From: a virus
Taxonomy: Duplodnaviria; Caudoviricetes
DNA: 64,000 nucleotides
IMG/VR virus record: IMGVR_UViG_3300037439_000217
Coordinates: 1,779 to 65,778 of that record
Strand: one strand, 5' to 3'
Below, piece after piece: positions 37,194-47,553 of the stretch; position 1 is the first letter of the stretch; each line of letters opens with the position of its first letter. Made by a program: the position numbers and the translations under genes. The notes under the pieces are model-generated. The model ran no database searches and had not been told where the DNA came from. It worked only from the letters and a program-made list of their open reading frames with translations.

Positions 37194-37718
37194 ATGACGA
37201 ACGCAGATCCCACTCGGTCCAACATCCCGATTCCCGACCCGACGCTGCTGACCACCGCGGCGCTCGACCGCGAGATCTCGCACCTCCGCGAGCTTGTGAT
37301 GACGGAGCACCAGGCCGATGTCCGGTCGCTCAAGGATGCCGAGGCGCAGCACAAGCGCACCCACGAGGCCGAGGAGCGCCTACGCGACACGCAGCACGAC
37401 GCGTTGCTTCAGCAGCTGGCGTCGCTGAAGGAGCTGCTCAAGGAGGCGCTGGCCGCGCGGGACGCGGCCCTCGCCTCGGCCCTCGCCACGAGCAAGGAGG
37501 CGACCGGCAAGGCGGAGGACGCGCTGGCTAAGCAGCTCGATGCGATCAACAAGCGGTCCGAGGTAGAGCTAGGCGCGCTCCGGGATGCCCTCGGCGACCT
37601 CAAGACGAACGCCGGCACAACCGGCGGCCGGATCGCAGGCAAGGAATACGTCTGGGGCGTGGTGATCGTCCTTGCGGCCCTGACGCTCTCGGTCATCGGC
37701 ATCATCTTTACCCGCTAA
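37194..37718 (+). CDS. coiled-coil protein with C-terminal transmembrane helix
   Basis: Heptad-rich helix, then VWGVVIVLAALTLSVIGIIF. Confidence 0.6.
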   Translation: MTNADPTRSNIPIPDPTLLTTAALDREISHLRELVMTEHQADVRSLKDAEAQHKRTHEAEERLRDTQHDALLQQLASLKELLKEALAARDAALASALATSKEATGKAEDALAKQLDAINKRSEVELGALRDALGDLKTNAGTTGGRIAGKEYVWGVVIVLAALTLSVIGIIFTR

Positions 37719-38386
37719 CCCCAGGCGTGGTCGACCGTGTGCGCTAGGCTGTACTCGGTTGGGAACCTAGTGCGTCAACGGACAGGGAGCGCACCGGCCC
37801 GCAGGTGAGGGTTTAGGCGGGCGATCGACAACCGATAGGAGGACACGATGTTCGGAAGTCCGACACAGGGGTCGCCGTTGCCCGACACACCGGGCGACAA
37901 GCTGCCGCCGCCCAAGCCCGCACCGCCGCCGCCCAAGCCCCAGCAGGGAGGCGGACCGCGGTGAGACGTCGTGATAGTGGCGAGGTCATCACCCCCGAGA
38001 ACTGCTGCACACGCGGGCTGGTGATTTTTATGCTGGTCGCGCTGGCCGTACTCGGTGACTGGCATCTCGGCGTGTTCCTGGCCGGGAGCCTCGACCAGGG
38101 CGGTGCCCGGTGACGATCCTGGAGAGGATACGTGCCGGCGAGATCGTCGTCGTGGACGGTACGGACGACCTGCCCGACACACCGTCCGACCGGTTCATTC
38201 CGATCGCACGCGTGCACGGCGAGCTCGAGTTCATCGAGCGCTTCGGCCGGGACGGCGTATGACGCTGCGGCGGCAGGTCGAGAGGCTGGCCGCCGCACTT
38301 CTACCGGTTGTCCGCGACCTGGCGATCCGGTGGTCCGTCGCTCGCGACGTCCGCCACCTGCCCGACCACAAGAGGAGGCAACACTA

Positions 38387-38668
38387 GTGCCGATCATTCA
38401 CCTGATCCTAGACGGCGACAACGCCTGGCCCGAGCTCGCCGCTCCGGACTCCGGCGTCGTCCACCTGCCCGACGCCCCCTGGGGTCTGGCCGCGATCGAG
38501 GGCGGCATGGCCAGCGGGCTGCCGTCGCTGGCGCTGCGGCTGGACCTGTCGGACGGCCGTGTCGTGGTCGCCGAGACCTCGCTGGCCGCCTGGGTGGCGG
38601 CGACGGTCGCGCTACGGGCGCGGTTCCCCGGCTCCTTCGCCGGCACGCCGCTGGAGGGATCATCGTGA
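38387..38668 (+). CDS. hypothetical protein
   Basis: SD GAGGAGG. Confidence 0.6.
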   Translation: MPIIHLILDGDNAWPELAAPDSGVVHLPDAPWGLAAIEGGMASGLPSLALRLDLSDGRVVVAETSLAAWVAATVALRARFPGSFAGTPLEGSS

Positions 38669-39066
38669 CCGGACGCCTGGACACCAGCCTCGTTCCCGAG
38701 CCGTCGCACCGGTGCGACCCGCCGTCCGACGGCCACCCGTTCTTCTGGACGTCCCAGCCGGCCGGCGCGCGGTTTCACTGCGCGTGCGGGCGCGTCTGGA
38801 TCGTGCGCTGGGTGGAGGGCCGCGACTTCGGCACCCAGCGGCAGGTGGGCCACCTCGAGTGGTTTCCGGAGTCGCGGCGCGAGCGTCGCGCTCGACTCCG
38901 GTCCGTCTCGGTCTACGCCGACGCGTCGATCCAGGTCGGTCCTCACGAGTACGCGCCGCTGTCCTGGATCACCTCGCTGCTCTCGCATCGCGGCAGGTGC
39001 GCACGCTGCTACCTGGCACGCGACGAGCACCCGACCACCGGCTACACGCAGGCTCGGCCTCTCTGA
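38665..39066 (+). CDS. hypothetical protein (Cys/His motifs)
   Basis: GTGA-coupled; CACG and CARC motifs. Confidence 0.5.
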   Translation: MTGRLDTSLVPEPSHRCDPPSDGHPFFWTSQPAGARFHCACGRVWIVRWVEGRDFGTQRQVGHLEWFPESRRERRARLRSVSVYADASIQVGPHEYAPLSWITSLLSHRGRCARCYLARDEHPTTGYTQARPL

Positions 39067-39120
39067 TTCACGACGTGTAGTATCGTGGATACCTAGAGGA
39101 CACGAGAAAAGGAGCTGACA

Positions 39121-39411
39121 ATGATCCAGCTGACGGTGACAGAGCAGGCCGAGCCGCACGGGCGCTACTTCCAGTCCGGCTTCGACAAGATGGTCGGCCG
39201 GGAGAAGCTGACGGTGTCGGTCGACGGGCGGGAGCCGATCGAGTTCACGCTGACCGCGGCCGTCGTCGCCGACGAGTACGGCACGCCGCGTCCCGAGGGC
39301 AAGTACGTCACGCTGACCCTGATCGCGCCCGACGACCTGCTTGCCCACTTCAGCTACGAGTGGGGAAGCCTGGGTCGCGGACGCGGCGACCTGAGGGAGG
39401 TGACGACATGA
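39121..39411 (+). CDS. hypothetical protein
   Basis: SD AAGGAG. Confidence 0.55.
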   Translation: MIQLTVTEQAEPHGRYFQSGFDKMVGREKLTVSVDGREPIEFTLTAAVVADEYGTPRPEGKYVTLTLIAPDDLLAHFSYEWGSLGRGRGDLREVTT

Positions 39412-39661
39412 CAAGAGCGCTCGAGACGGTGGAGGTGCCCCGCACCAACCACCGGCTGCATCGCCGGCTGACCCTGCTGACCGCAGGCGGCTGGGGGATC
39501 GTCTGGATCATCCTGGCGATCGTGTACAGGGGGCAGACCCGCACGATCACACGGAAGGAGCGGCGCCAGGCGCGCGCCTTCGTGGGAGTCGGGCTGTGAT
39601 CTCTAACCCGTGTGCTACAGTGTTCGCACACCCAGCACACACATCAACGGGAGGAGGAAAG

Positions 39662-39850
39662 ATGAGGACCGGAGTCTGGACCAAGAGCACGTTCAGCAAC
39701 CCGAACGGCAACTGTGTCGAGGTGCGGCGCAACGCCGACGGCACCACCGACGTCCGCGACGGCAAGCACCCGGACGCGGCGCGCCACCGGTACACCAGCG
39801 CCGAGTGGGACGCGTTCCTGGCAGGAGCCAGGGCCGGACAGTTCGACTAG
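39662..39850 (+). CDS. DUF397-domain protein
   Basis: WTKSTFSNPNGNCVEV...VRDGKHP...YTSAEWDAFLAGARAG is the canonical DUF397 signature. Confidence 0.9.
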   Translation: MRTGVWTKSTFSNPNGNCVEVRRNADGTTDVRDGKHPDAARHRYTSAEWDAFLAGARAGQFD

Positions 39851-39984
39851 GACCGGGCGGACCCGGGAACGGCGTCAAACTCCCGCTGCAGTGATCTAGG
39901 ATCGGGTTAAGGCGGGGGAGCGCGACCGACCCAGTCGCACTGCGAAGATCCCGCCTGCGCTCGCCCCGGGTCCGCTCACTAGAG

Positions 39985-40236
39985 ATGGGTACCCTAGTGC
40001 GACAGCTTCTGCCGTGGCTACTGTCCGCGAACACACTCACGCTGATGTGGCTGGTCGGCAACCGTAGGATCCTGGGCTGGTGGCTCGGCGTTGCGGGGCA
40101 AGGTGGCTGGGCCGTCTTCATCGTGATGTACGAGTTGTGGGGGCTCGCGCCGATGTGGTTCGGCCTGGCGATCGCCTACACACGCAACCTGGTGAAGTGG
40201 CGTCGAGAACGGCGCGAGGCCGACGGTGTGCGCTAG
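39985..40236 (+). CDS. small PnuC-like multi-pass membrane protein
   Basis: Three hydrophobic segments; GWWLGVAGQ...W; YTRNLVKW. Confidence 0.5.
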   Translation: MGTLVRQLLPWLLSANTLTLMWLVGNRRILGWWLGVAGQGGWAVFIVMYELWGLAPMWFGLAIAYTRNLVKWRRERREADGVR

Positions 40237-40382
40237 GCTGGTCCGCAAGGAGAGTCGGGTGCCCCGTCGCGGCGGGGGTTCGAGGATAGCGGCCGACCCA
40301 ATGTTGCTGGCGGTGGCCGGCGTACAAGGCATAACCGGCCCGGCTCTCCCCTCCCACCTCATCTCACCCGCAGGAGGAAACC

Positions 40383-40970
40383 GTGAGACGCACTCGCATC
40401 ACATCCGCGCTGGCCGCGCTGCTGACCGCGCTGGCGCTGCTCGCCGGCCTCGGCCTGGCGTCGACGGCCGCAGCCCAGGAGGAGCCGCCGATCTACGAGG
40501 ATCCGGAGGAGGTGGTCGAGGAGGCGACCTGCGGAGGCGGCGAGCTCGAGTTCGCCGACTCGACCGAGACCTCGCAGCTCTGCGCCGCGACCGAGTACAC
40601 GTACACCACGACCAAGAGGAAGTACTACGCCGGCGACCACTCGACGATCACGGTGACCTTCAAGGCCAGCTGGAAGGCCAACCCGTACAGCGGGTACGAG
40701 AAGGTGTACGTCAACTGGATGCAGACCTGCGTGTCCGGGGACTACCGCAACTTCCGGTCGCCTCGCATCTACAACGTCGGGTTCTCGATCTGGCGGTGGC
40801 CGTCCGGTGGGAGGCAGTACTACCTCGGTGGCCAGAGCAGCGACTCGTGCGTCACGTGGTCGGTGTACAGGCTGGTGTACGACGATCTCCAGCTCCGGTG
40901 GAGCGCGACGATCAACCGCCGCTGGGCCACCGACCTCAACACCAGCTGGAGCCGGATCGCGTACGGCTAG
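40383..40970 (+). CDS. secreted protein with signal peptide
   Basis: MRRTR, a hydrophobic stretch and an AAA|QEE cleavage site; SD AGGAGG. Confidence 0.7.
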   Translation: MRRTRITSALAALLTALALLAGLGLASTAAAQEEPPIYEDPEEVVEEATCGGGELEFADSTETSQLCAATEYTYTTTKRKYYAGDHSTITVTFKASWKANPYSGYEKVYVNWMQTCVSGDYRNFRSPRIYNVGFSIWRWPSGGRQYYLGGQSSDSCVTWSVYRLVYDDLQLRWSATINRRWATDLNTSWSRIAYG

Positions 40971-41321
40971 CTTCGACCACGGTGCGGCGATCGGCGTCAC
41001 CGGTGCGATAGGATAGTCGCATGCTAGCACTACTGTCGCTGATCGCCGCGCTGGTCTGCTTCGTCGTGACCGCCCTCCAGGAGGCGAACCTGATCGCCTT
41101 GGGGCTCGCGTTCGTCGCGCTGGCGCTGCTCTTCAACCACAAGCTGGTGGCCGGCAGGGTTCCGTGACCGTCGAGGCGCCGCCGCGCTGCGAGACCCGCG
41201 ACCCCTGGCACAACCGGCGCTGCGAGCGCGACGCCGGTCACGAGGGCTACCACATGACCGGGCTGGCTCCCGGGTCCAACCTGATCCACGGCTGGGGCGA
41301 CGTTCGTGACAAGGAGGACAA

Positions 41322-41990
41322 GTGACCACCGAGTACAGCCTTGGGCGGCTCTACATTCCCGACCCGCAGGACGCACAGTACCCCATGTCGGCGGTCGTCC
41401 CGCCGCTGTCCGAGGTCGACCGGCGATACCGCTACTGGTACTCGAGCAGCTGGTGGGGCGACCAGAACCCGCACCCGTGGTGCGTCGCGTACTCGTGGCT
41501 GCACCTGCTCGCGGACTCCCCGAGCCTGCTGCGCCCGCTGCCGAAGCTGGACCCGCGGTGGTTCTACTGCGAGTGCCAGAGGCGCGACCCCTGGGCCGGC
41601 GACTGCGAGGACCACCGCTACGACGGCTCCTCGGTCCGGGCGGGGGCAAAGGTGCTTCAGGAGCTGGGGCACATCGGCACGTACCGCTGGGCACAGAGCG
41701 TCGAGGAGGTCGTGTCGGCGATCCTCACGGTCGGGCCAGTGGTCGCGGGCACCGTCTGGACGAACGGGATGTTCCGTCCCGACGAGAGCGGCCGCATCAG
41801 GCCGACCGGCGCGGTCGCGGGCGGGCACGCGTACGAGCTAGGAGGGGCCAGCCTCAACACCGAACTGATCCGGATCAAGAACTCGTGGGGCCGGGGCTGG
41901 GGCCGGCGAGGCTTCGCGTACATCGGCTTCGAGGACTTCGACAGGCTGCTTCGGGACCAGGGCGAGGCGTGCATGGTGGGGCGGCCATGA
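41322..41990 (+). CDS. papain-like cysteine peptidase (family C1)
   Basis: DQNPHPWCVAYS (oxyanion Gln, catalytic Cys), GGHAY (His) and IKNSWGRGWG (Asn). Confidence 0.85.
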   Translation: MTTEYSLGRLYIPDPQDAQYPMSAVVPPLSEVDRRYRYWYSSSWWGDQNPHPWCVAYSWLHLLADSPSLLRPLPKLDPRWFYCECQRRDPWAGDCEDHRYDGSSVRAGAKVLQELGHIGTYRWAQSVEEVVSAILTVGPVVAGTVWTNGMFRPDESGRIRPTGAVAGGHAYELGGASLNTELIRIKNSWGRGWGRRGFAYIGFEDFDRLLRDQGEACMVGRP

Positions 41991-42754
41991 CCGACGAGTC
42001 GCGACCCGACCAGCCCGACCGTCCCGAGCCGGTCGACCGGCCGACACGAGACGCCATGTTCGCCGCGATGCTGAGTGTCTGGCACGCCCGCCAGAGCACG
42101 TCTGCGTACCCGCAGGAGCACGTCGAGGCGCTGCTGGACGCAGCCCTCGGGGAGCTCGCGCTCGCGTACGAGCGTGCCGGTATGGTCACGAACTCCGGGC
42201 AGCCCTACCGCAAGAAGCAGTCCGCCCACGCCCTGGGCCAGGAGCTCCGGGCGATCACCGGCGAGCTGGACATCTCCCCCTGGGACGCGCTGCTCCTCGA
42301 GGTTCGGCGCACCTGCTACCGGGTCGCCTGGGTCGATCAGCGCGTCGAGGCCGAGCTCGAGCGGGAGCGGCAGCTCGAGCCGGACGCCGGCCACTTCCAC
42401 GAGGACGTGGTGATGGTCCGCACCGAGATGAAGCGCTGGATGGCGGAGTCCCGCAACGAGCGGCGCCACCTGGCCCGCGTGGCAAAGGCGGCGATCGACG
42501 CCGGCATCGCCGCGCACATCGTGCGGAACGCCGAGCTCGAGGCGCGCACGATCGCCTGGGTGCTCGGCCAGTCGCTGGACGTCTTGGAGCTCGACGACGA
42601 CGCTCGTGGGCGCGCCGCCCTCGCTCTCCGCCGTGCCCTCGAGGACGTCTCGACGGAGCGCCGGGGTCGTGTGATCCAGGGCGAGCTGGTGACCGGACAC
42701 CCGGACCTGAACGGGGGACCGGGCGACCGCGACGGGGACGGGGATCGGCCGTGA
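41987..42754 (+). CDS. putative terminase small subunit (actinophage helical type)
   Basis: 'PWDALLLEV...ERRHLARVAKAAIDAGI...ELEARTIAWVL' resembles the C-terminal half of actinophage TerS-like proteins; recalled, not verified. Confidence 0.45.
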   Translation: MTDESRPDQPDRPEPVDRPTRDAMFAAMLSVWHARQSTSAYPQEHVEALLDAALGELALAYERAGMVTNSGQPYRKKQSAHALGQELRAITGELDISPWDALLLEVRRTCYRVAWVDQRVEAELERERQLEPDAGHFHEDVVMVRTEMKRWMAESRNERRHLARVAKAAIDAGIAAHIVRNAELEARTIAWVLGQSLDVLELDDDARGRAALALRRALEDVSTERRGRVIQGELVTGHPDLNGGPGDRDGDGDRP

Positions 42755-43350
42755 GCGGGTACGTGTACGAGCGCGGGCGCACGCTGCTGGTCGGGCTCGG
42801 GTTCATCACACCGCTCGACGAGCGCGGTGAGCCGGTCATCTCCGAGCGAGTGTCTCTCGGTGAGGTTCAGCTGGTCGTGGAGGACCTCGGGCCGGACCCG
42901 GAGCTCGCCCGCTTCGGCGAGGAGGCCGTTCGTCGTATCGGCGTCGCCTTAGGCGTACCGCCGGAGCTCCTTGGTGGACCCGGTTGCTGCGATCTGCACG
43001 GTCGCCGTTGCGAGCCTGGCGAGCTGTGCTGCGACGACTGCACGGAGGCGGCTCACCCAGCGCACTCGGACGGCTCGGTGTGCAGCTCGCCGGACCTCAC
43101 TGCGGTGGCGGCGGGTGGGTGGTGCGCTCCGTCGGAGGTCGTGTACGACATCGCCAGCGTGCTCGAGACGACCGTCACCGGCGAACCGGTCGAGCACCCG
43201 CCGCCTCGCGAGCCGACCCAGGCCGAGATGGTCGCCTCGATCGCCGAGACGGTCGACCGCGCGGACGCGGCGATCGCCGACTGGGACAGCTGGAAGGACG
43301 CGGCCGTCTGGGTGCCCGGCATGGAGGGGGACGGGACGTGGGAGGACTAA
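42751..43350 (+). CDS. hypothetical mosaic protein
   Basis: Coupled ORF with a Cys-rich middle and AAGGWCAPSEVVYD. Confidence 0.5.
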   Translation: MSGYVYERGRTLLVGLGFITPLDERGEPVISERVSLGEVQLVVEDLGPDPELARFGEEAVRRIGVALGVPPELLGGPGCCDLHGRRCEPGELCCDDCTEAAHPAHSDGSVCSSPDLTAVAAGGWCAPSEVVYDIASVLETTVTGEPVEHPPPREPTQAEMVASIAETVDRADAAIADWDSWKDAAVWVPGMEGDGTWED

Positions 43351-43775
43351 CGCTCGTAGACCGAGCACCGGCGACCTCGCACACCGACGACAACGACGAC
43401 AGCTGGCTCGACCACTGGTACTGCTGCGACCCCCGTGTGGCACTGTGCGGCGCAGCGATCGTCGAGTGGGACGACGACGAGGTGTGTCCCGAGCACGAGT
43501 GCGTGGTCTGCCGCGACCTGCTCGAGGTGCCGTGTTCGCCGAGGTGCGACTATGTGCCGTGACGACCCGCGCTGCCCGGGCGAGCCGGTGCAGGACTCGC
43601 AGAAGTGGTGCGACGCCCGGTTCTTCCTGGAGGAGTACCTGGCGGTCCAGATCATCGCACGCGAGCTGGGCGCGCGGTTGGACGCGAGGCGGCGCGACGC
43701 GGAGCGCGTGGTGATCGGCTGCGAGCGGTAGCCGTTCGCCTGGTAGTGTAGTCACGTCAAAGTTTTCTCTCCGGG

Positions 43776-44069
43776 ATGGAGGGCGAGATGCCCAAGGAAA
43801 CGATCTCATACAAGGATGCGAAGCAGGCCGGCGATCCGCGCGAGCTGCTGCTCGCCGAGTGGTGGTCGATGGGCGACAAGGTGGTGATCCGCGCCGAGCA
43901 CGTCTTCGAGAACGCGCCTGGCACGGTCGCCGATCCGCCACGGCCGATCGTCGAGTTCGACCTCAACCGCTTCCAGGTGAACTACCTGATCAAGACGCTG
44001 CGGCGCGCTCGTGCCAAGGCGTTCGGCAGCGACCGCGACGCGGACGAGGGGCCGATCGGGAACGACTAA
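43776..44069 (+). CDS. hypothetical protein
   Basis: Phage-like codon usage; SD-like GGAGG before ATG 43788. Confidence 0.5.
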   Translation: MEGEMPKETISYKDAKQAGDPRELLLAEWWSMGDKVVIRAEHVFENAPGTVADPPRPIVEFDLNRFQVNYLIKTLRRARAKAFGSDRDADEGPIGND

Positions 44070-45613
44070 GGAGGAATCCTCACGTGCTCGAGATGCTCGG
44101 ACGGCTGCTGCATCTGCTGACGTCTCGTCATCAGCTGATGAGCAAGGACGGCGTCGGCGAGGTGCTGGTGTGCTATCATTGGCTCCTCGGCCGGCGGCGG
44201 TATCACACGTTCTTCCGCACCGGACCCGACGAGGAGTGGCGCGAGGTCGACGAGACCGAGCTGGACGAGATCATGAGGAGCGAGCTGTGAGCGCGCTTAT
44301 ATGGGTGGCGAACGCGTGCGGCCTGGTCGGTGTGTTCGCGTTCGCTCGCGCCTACTGGCGCGCCGACAACAACTGGCTCTTTGTGTCCCTCATCTCGTTC
44401 TGGATGTGGGGCGTGTTCCTGCTCGTGTGGGCGATTAAGACGTGAGCGCCTACGTCTGTCCCGTGTGCGGCGCGTGCTGGGCCAGCGCCGCCACGGGGCG
44501 CCTCGTGCGGCAGCACCGACTCGCGGTGGTTGAGGACGGTATCGCCAGGGGCCGGATCGCCGTGCCTCGCGCGCCGGGGCGTGTGTGCGGCGACTGCCAG
44601 CGCGAGCCTCCTCGGCACCGCGACCTCGGGGCGTGGTGGGTGTGAGGATCGAGATCACACGCCGAGAGCGCCGTCAGATCATGCTGCTGTGTACGGTCGG
44701 GGCCGGGATCGCGTTCGTGATCGCACTGGTCCTCTTCGACCGCTGGTCACCATACGGGTTCGTGCCACTCGTGCTGATCTGGCTGATGCTGTACCCGATC
44801 CCCTGGGTCTTCGACCGGGTGCTGCGGCTGCACACGTGGCTGCGCCCGGACCTCGGCGAGGCGTCTCCGACCGACGCGTACCTCGACCTCGACGACGCCC
44901 AGCGGGAGACGGTGGATCGCTCGCTGCGGCACTTTGATGCGGCGCGCGTTCGCGAGTGGAGGTGGCGGTTGTGTGGCTGCTGATCGGCCTGGTGATCGGA
45001 GCCGGCGTATGCTACCTCGGGATGATGTGGTACCTGGTCCGGGGCTGGCGCTGGTGATCGAGGGCGGTGCGGTCAGCGTGATCGGGACGGTACTTGGCTT
45101 CGTGGTCGCGCTGCTCATGCTGGTCGGCAGCCTCTCCGCGATGTTCGGGTCGCCGCACAAGACACGCCGGTTGCTGCGGGATGCGGTCGAGCGCCAGACG
45201 CACCGCGTGGTGGAGGACGCGCGCCGGCTGGCGCCGCGCGACCGGGGGCGGCTGCTGTCGTCGATCGGCGACCGCGTGCTCTGGCGTAAGGCCAACGGCG
45301 AGCCGGCGATCGTCCACATTCCCGGACCGATTCGCCACGAGGACTCTCTCGCCTACGAGCTCGGGTTCCCGGCGGACGTCGAGTGGCGTGACATGCTTCC
45401 GATCCAGCTTGACCCGCTCCTTGTGACGAATGTTGAGCCCGAGGAGGCGATCGCCCGCGTCCGCGAGATGTTCGGCGGCTGCGCGCACCGCGGCGAGGTC
45501 GAGGTCAGCCTCTCGGCAACCGGCGAGACCGTCGCCTGGTGGTGCCCGGACTGCGACGGCAGGCGGTACGCGGCAGGCTGGTAAAGAATCTTGAGGACAA
45601 CATCATAATTGGG

Positions 45614-45642
45614 TTGACTCGCGTTCACGCTTATGCTAGAGT
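45614..45642 (+). promoter_or_regulatory. class-1 (early) promoter
   Basis: TTGACT-17 nt (TTCACGCTTATGC)-TAGAGT. Confidence 0.8.
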
Positions 45643-45683
45643 TGTTCGTAGAACGACGAGGAACGAGGAACGAGGAGCCCAAG

Positions 45684-46025
45684 ATGACCTTCACGATCAA
45701 GAACATCGACGTCCGCGACTTCCCGCAGGACACCGCCTACCAGGCCGAGCTCAACGACGGCGCCGTCTTCACCGGCCGCTGGACCGGGCTGGTCGCCGGC
45801 GAGGCGCTGGTCTTCGATCACGTGGACACCGGCTTCCGCCTCCACCTGGCCGACTCCAACGTCCGCTGGTTCATGCCGCTCGAGTGGGTCCGTCCCGACG
45901 ACCCGAACACCGTGGACGACCGGGTGGTCGCGATGGACCGCAAGGAGTCCGAGCCCTGCCAGGCCGGAACCCCCGGCTGCTGCATCAACCACGACGAGGA
46001 CCACGGGTCCTGCGAGACCTGGTAG
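45684..46025 (+). CDS. hypothetical early protein
   Basis: First gene after the promoter; SD GAGGAG. Confidence 0.65.
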   Translation: MTFTIKNIDVRDFPQDTAYQAELNDGAVFTGRWTGLVAGEALVFDHVDTGFRLHLADSNVRWFMPLEWVRPDDPNTVDDRVVAMDRKESEPCQAGTPGCCINHDEDHGSCETW

Positions 46026-46035
46026 GAGAAAGATC

Positions 46036-46263
46036 ATGGCCTTCACGCACAAGATCAAGGGTGAGCCCGACCACAAGCACGACACGGTCGCCGAGGCCCG
46101 CGACTGCCTGGACGAGTACGAGGAGCACCGCTGGGAGGCGGAGTCGGAGCTGGCCGCGGAGCGCGCCGCCGAACGCTTCTATGAGGAAGGCACCTACGCG
46201 GACCAGATGGCCTACCGCAACGAGCTGGACATGGAGGCCCGCGCGCTGGGCCTCTTCGGATGA
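46036..46263 (+). CDS. acidic hypothetical early protein
   Basis: SD AGGAG; Glu-rich. Confidence 0.6.
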   Translation: MAFTHKIKGEPDHKHDTVAEARDCLDEYEEHRWEAESELAAERAAERFYEEGTYADQMAYRNELDMEARALGLFG

Positions 46264-46466
46264 TAGGAGGAACGAGGATGAACAAGCAGCTTCGCTTTGC
46301 GGAGACCGGCACCATGACGCTGGTCACCGGCGAGATCTTCTACGACGTGAAGATCGTCGAGGCGACCAACACGCACGTCCGGATCGAGCAGCGGCACCGT
46401 ACCCACACCGATCGCCGCACGATCCACCGCGCGAACGTCCGCGAGTTCCGCTGAGGAGATGAGGAC

Positions 46467-46817
46467 ATGAGCTTCGCAGAGAGCTTCAAGCAGGAGCTGA
46501 AGCTGGCCGTCCGTCAGGCGGTGGTCCAGCTCGGCACCGTCGTGCAGGAGCATCCGACCACCTTCGGCTGGGAGGACTGGGAGACCACCCTGGCGCGTGG
46601 CGCCCGGGGTCGTGCGCTGGACGCGCTCAGGGCCGACGATCCGCTCGAGGACGTCGACTGGATGGAGTGGATGGGCACCTTCGACGACGACCGGCGCGCG
46701 TACGGCGTGCAGGTCACTGTCACGCTGAACGATCACAACGTGCCGTCCCGCCGCACTAGGCAGACCTGGCGGTACGAGGGCAAGCTCGGCGATCTCATCA
46801 CCGAGATCTTGAGGTAA
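46467..46817 (+). CDS. hypothetical early protein
   Basis: SD GAGGA. Confidence 0.6.
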   Translation: MSFAESFKQELKLAVRQAVVQLGTVVQEHPTTFGWEDWETTLARGARGRALDALRADDPLEDVDWMEWMGTFDDDRRAYGVQVTVTLNDHNVPSRRTRQTWRYEGKLGDLITEILR

Positions 46818-46830
46818 AGGAGGAACGAGG

Positions 46831-47211
46831 ATGAGCACGAACGAGAGGACCTGGCAGGAGGAGCTGGCCGAGGCACTGAAGGACGTCGGCGCGGAGGTCG
46901 CGTCCGGACAGACCAACGGCGATCTGGCCGACGCCTGGGTGACCGTCCCGGTCGGGTACCACACGGCCGTTGAGGTCGAGGAGTGCAGCAACGGCTGGGA
47001 GCTGGTCTTCCGCGAGTGGGGCGACATGGAGCATGGCCTCCTCGAGGAGCGTTCGCTGGCCGAGGTCTACGACCGGCGCGGCGTCGAGCCGCTGGTCCGC
47101 GCTTATGTCGAGATGGCGACCCAGGCCGAGGACCCCGAGCTCGACGGCGGGGTCCACCCGATGGAGTGGAACGGCGACCACGCCGCATTCGAGATGAGGG
47201 GTCGGGAGTGA
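46831..47211 (+). CDS. acidic hypothetical early protein
   Basis: SD AAGGAGG; very Glu/Asp-rich. Confidence 0.65.
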   Translation: MSTNERTWQEELAEALKDVGAEVASGQTNGDLADAWVTVPVGYHTAVEVEECSNGWELVFREWGDMEHGLLEERSLAEVYDRRGVEPLVRAYVEMATQAEDPELDGGVHPMEWNGDHAAFEMRGRE

Positions 47212-47446
47212 GTAACATGATCACTGTAGGCACCAGCAACCGCCTGGACACCTGGGCGGGAGCAGGGCACGGCTGGTCCGCGTACCGCAACTTGCTGTCG
47301 GGCGCGCGCACGCTGATCATCGAGACCCGCGACGGGTCCAAGGCAGCGGCGTACTTCGACGCGCCGGCCAAGCGCTGGATCGTCTGGACGGACGACGGGG
47401 AGGAGGGCGCCGAAGGCTAGCTGAGGCGCACCAGACGCCCGCCAGA

Positions 47447-47480
47447 CGGCGCGTACCCCGCAACCCGGTGGTACGCGCCG
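47447..47480 (+). terminator. hairpin terminator ending the early cassette
   Basis: CGGCGCGTACC / GGTACGCGCCG, 11-bp stem. Confidence 0.6.
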
Positions 47481-47553
47481 CGGCGCTGTTATACGATGCT
47501 ATCTCGTGCCACAATCAGATGGACACGTCTAGCCTACACGAGGAAGGACGATC

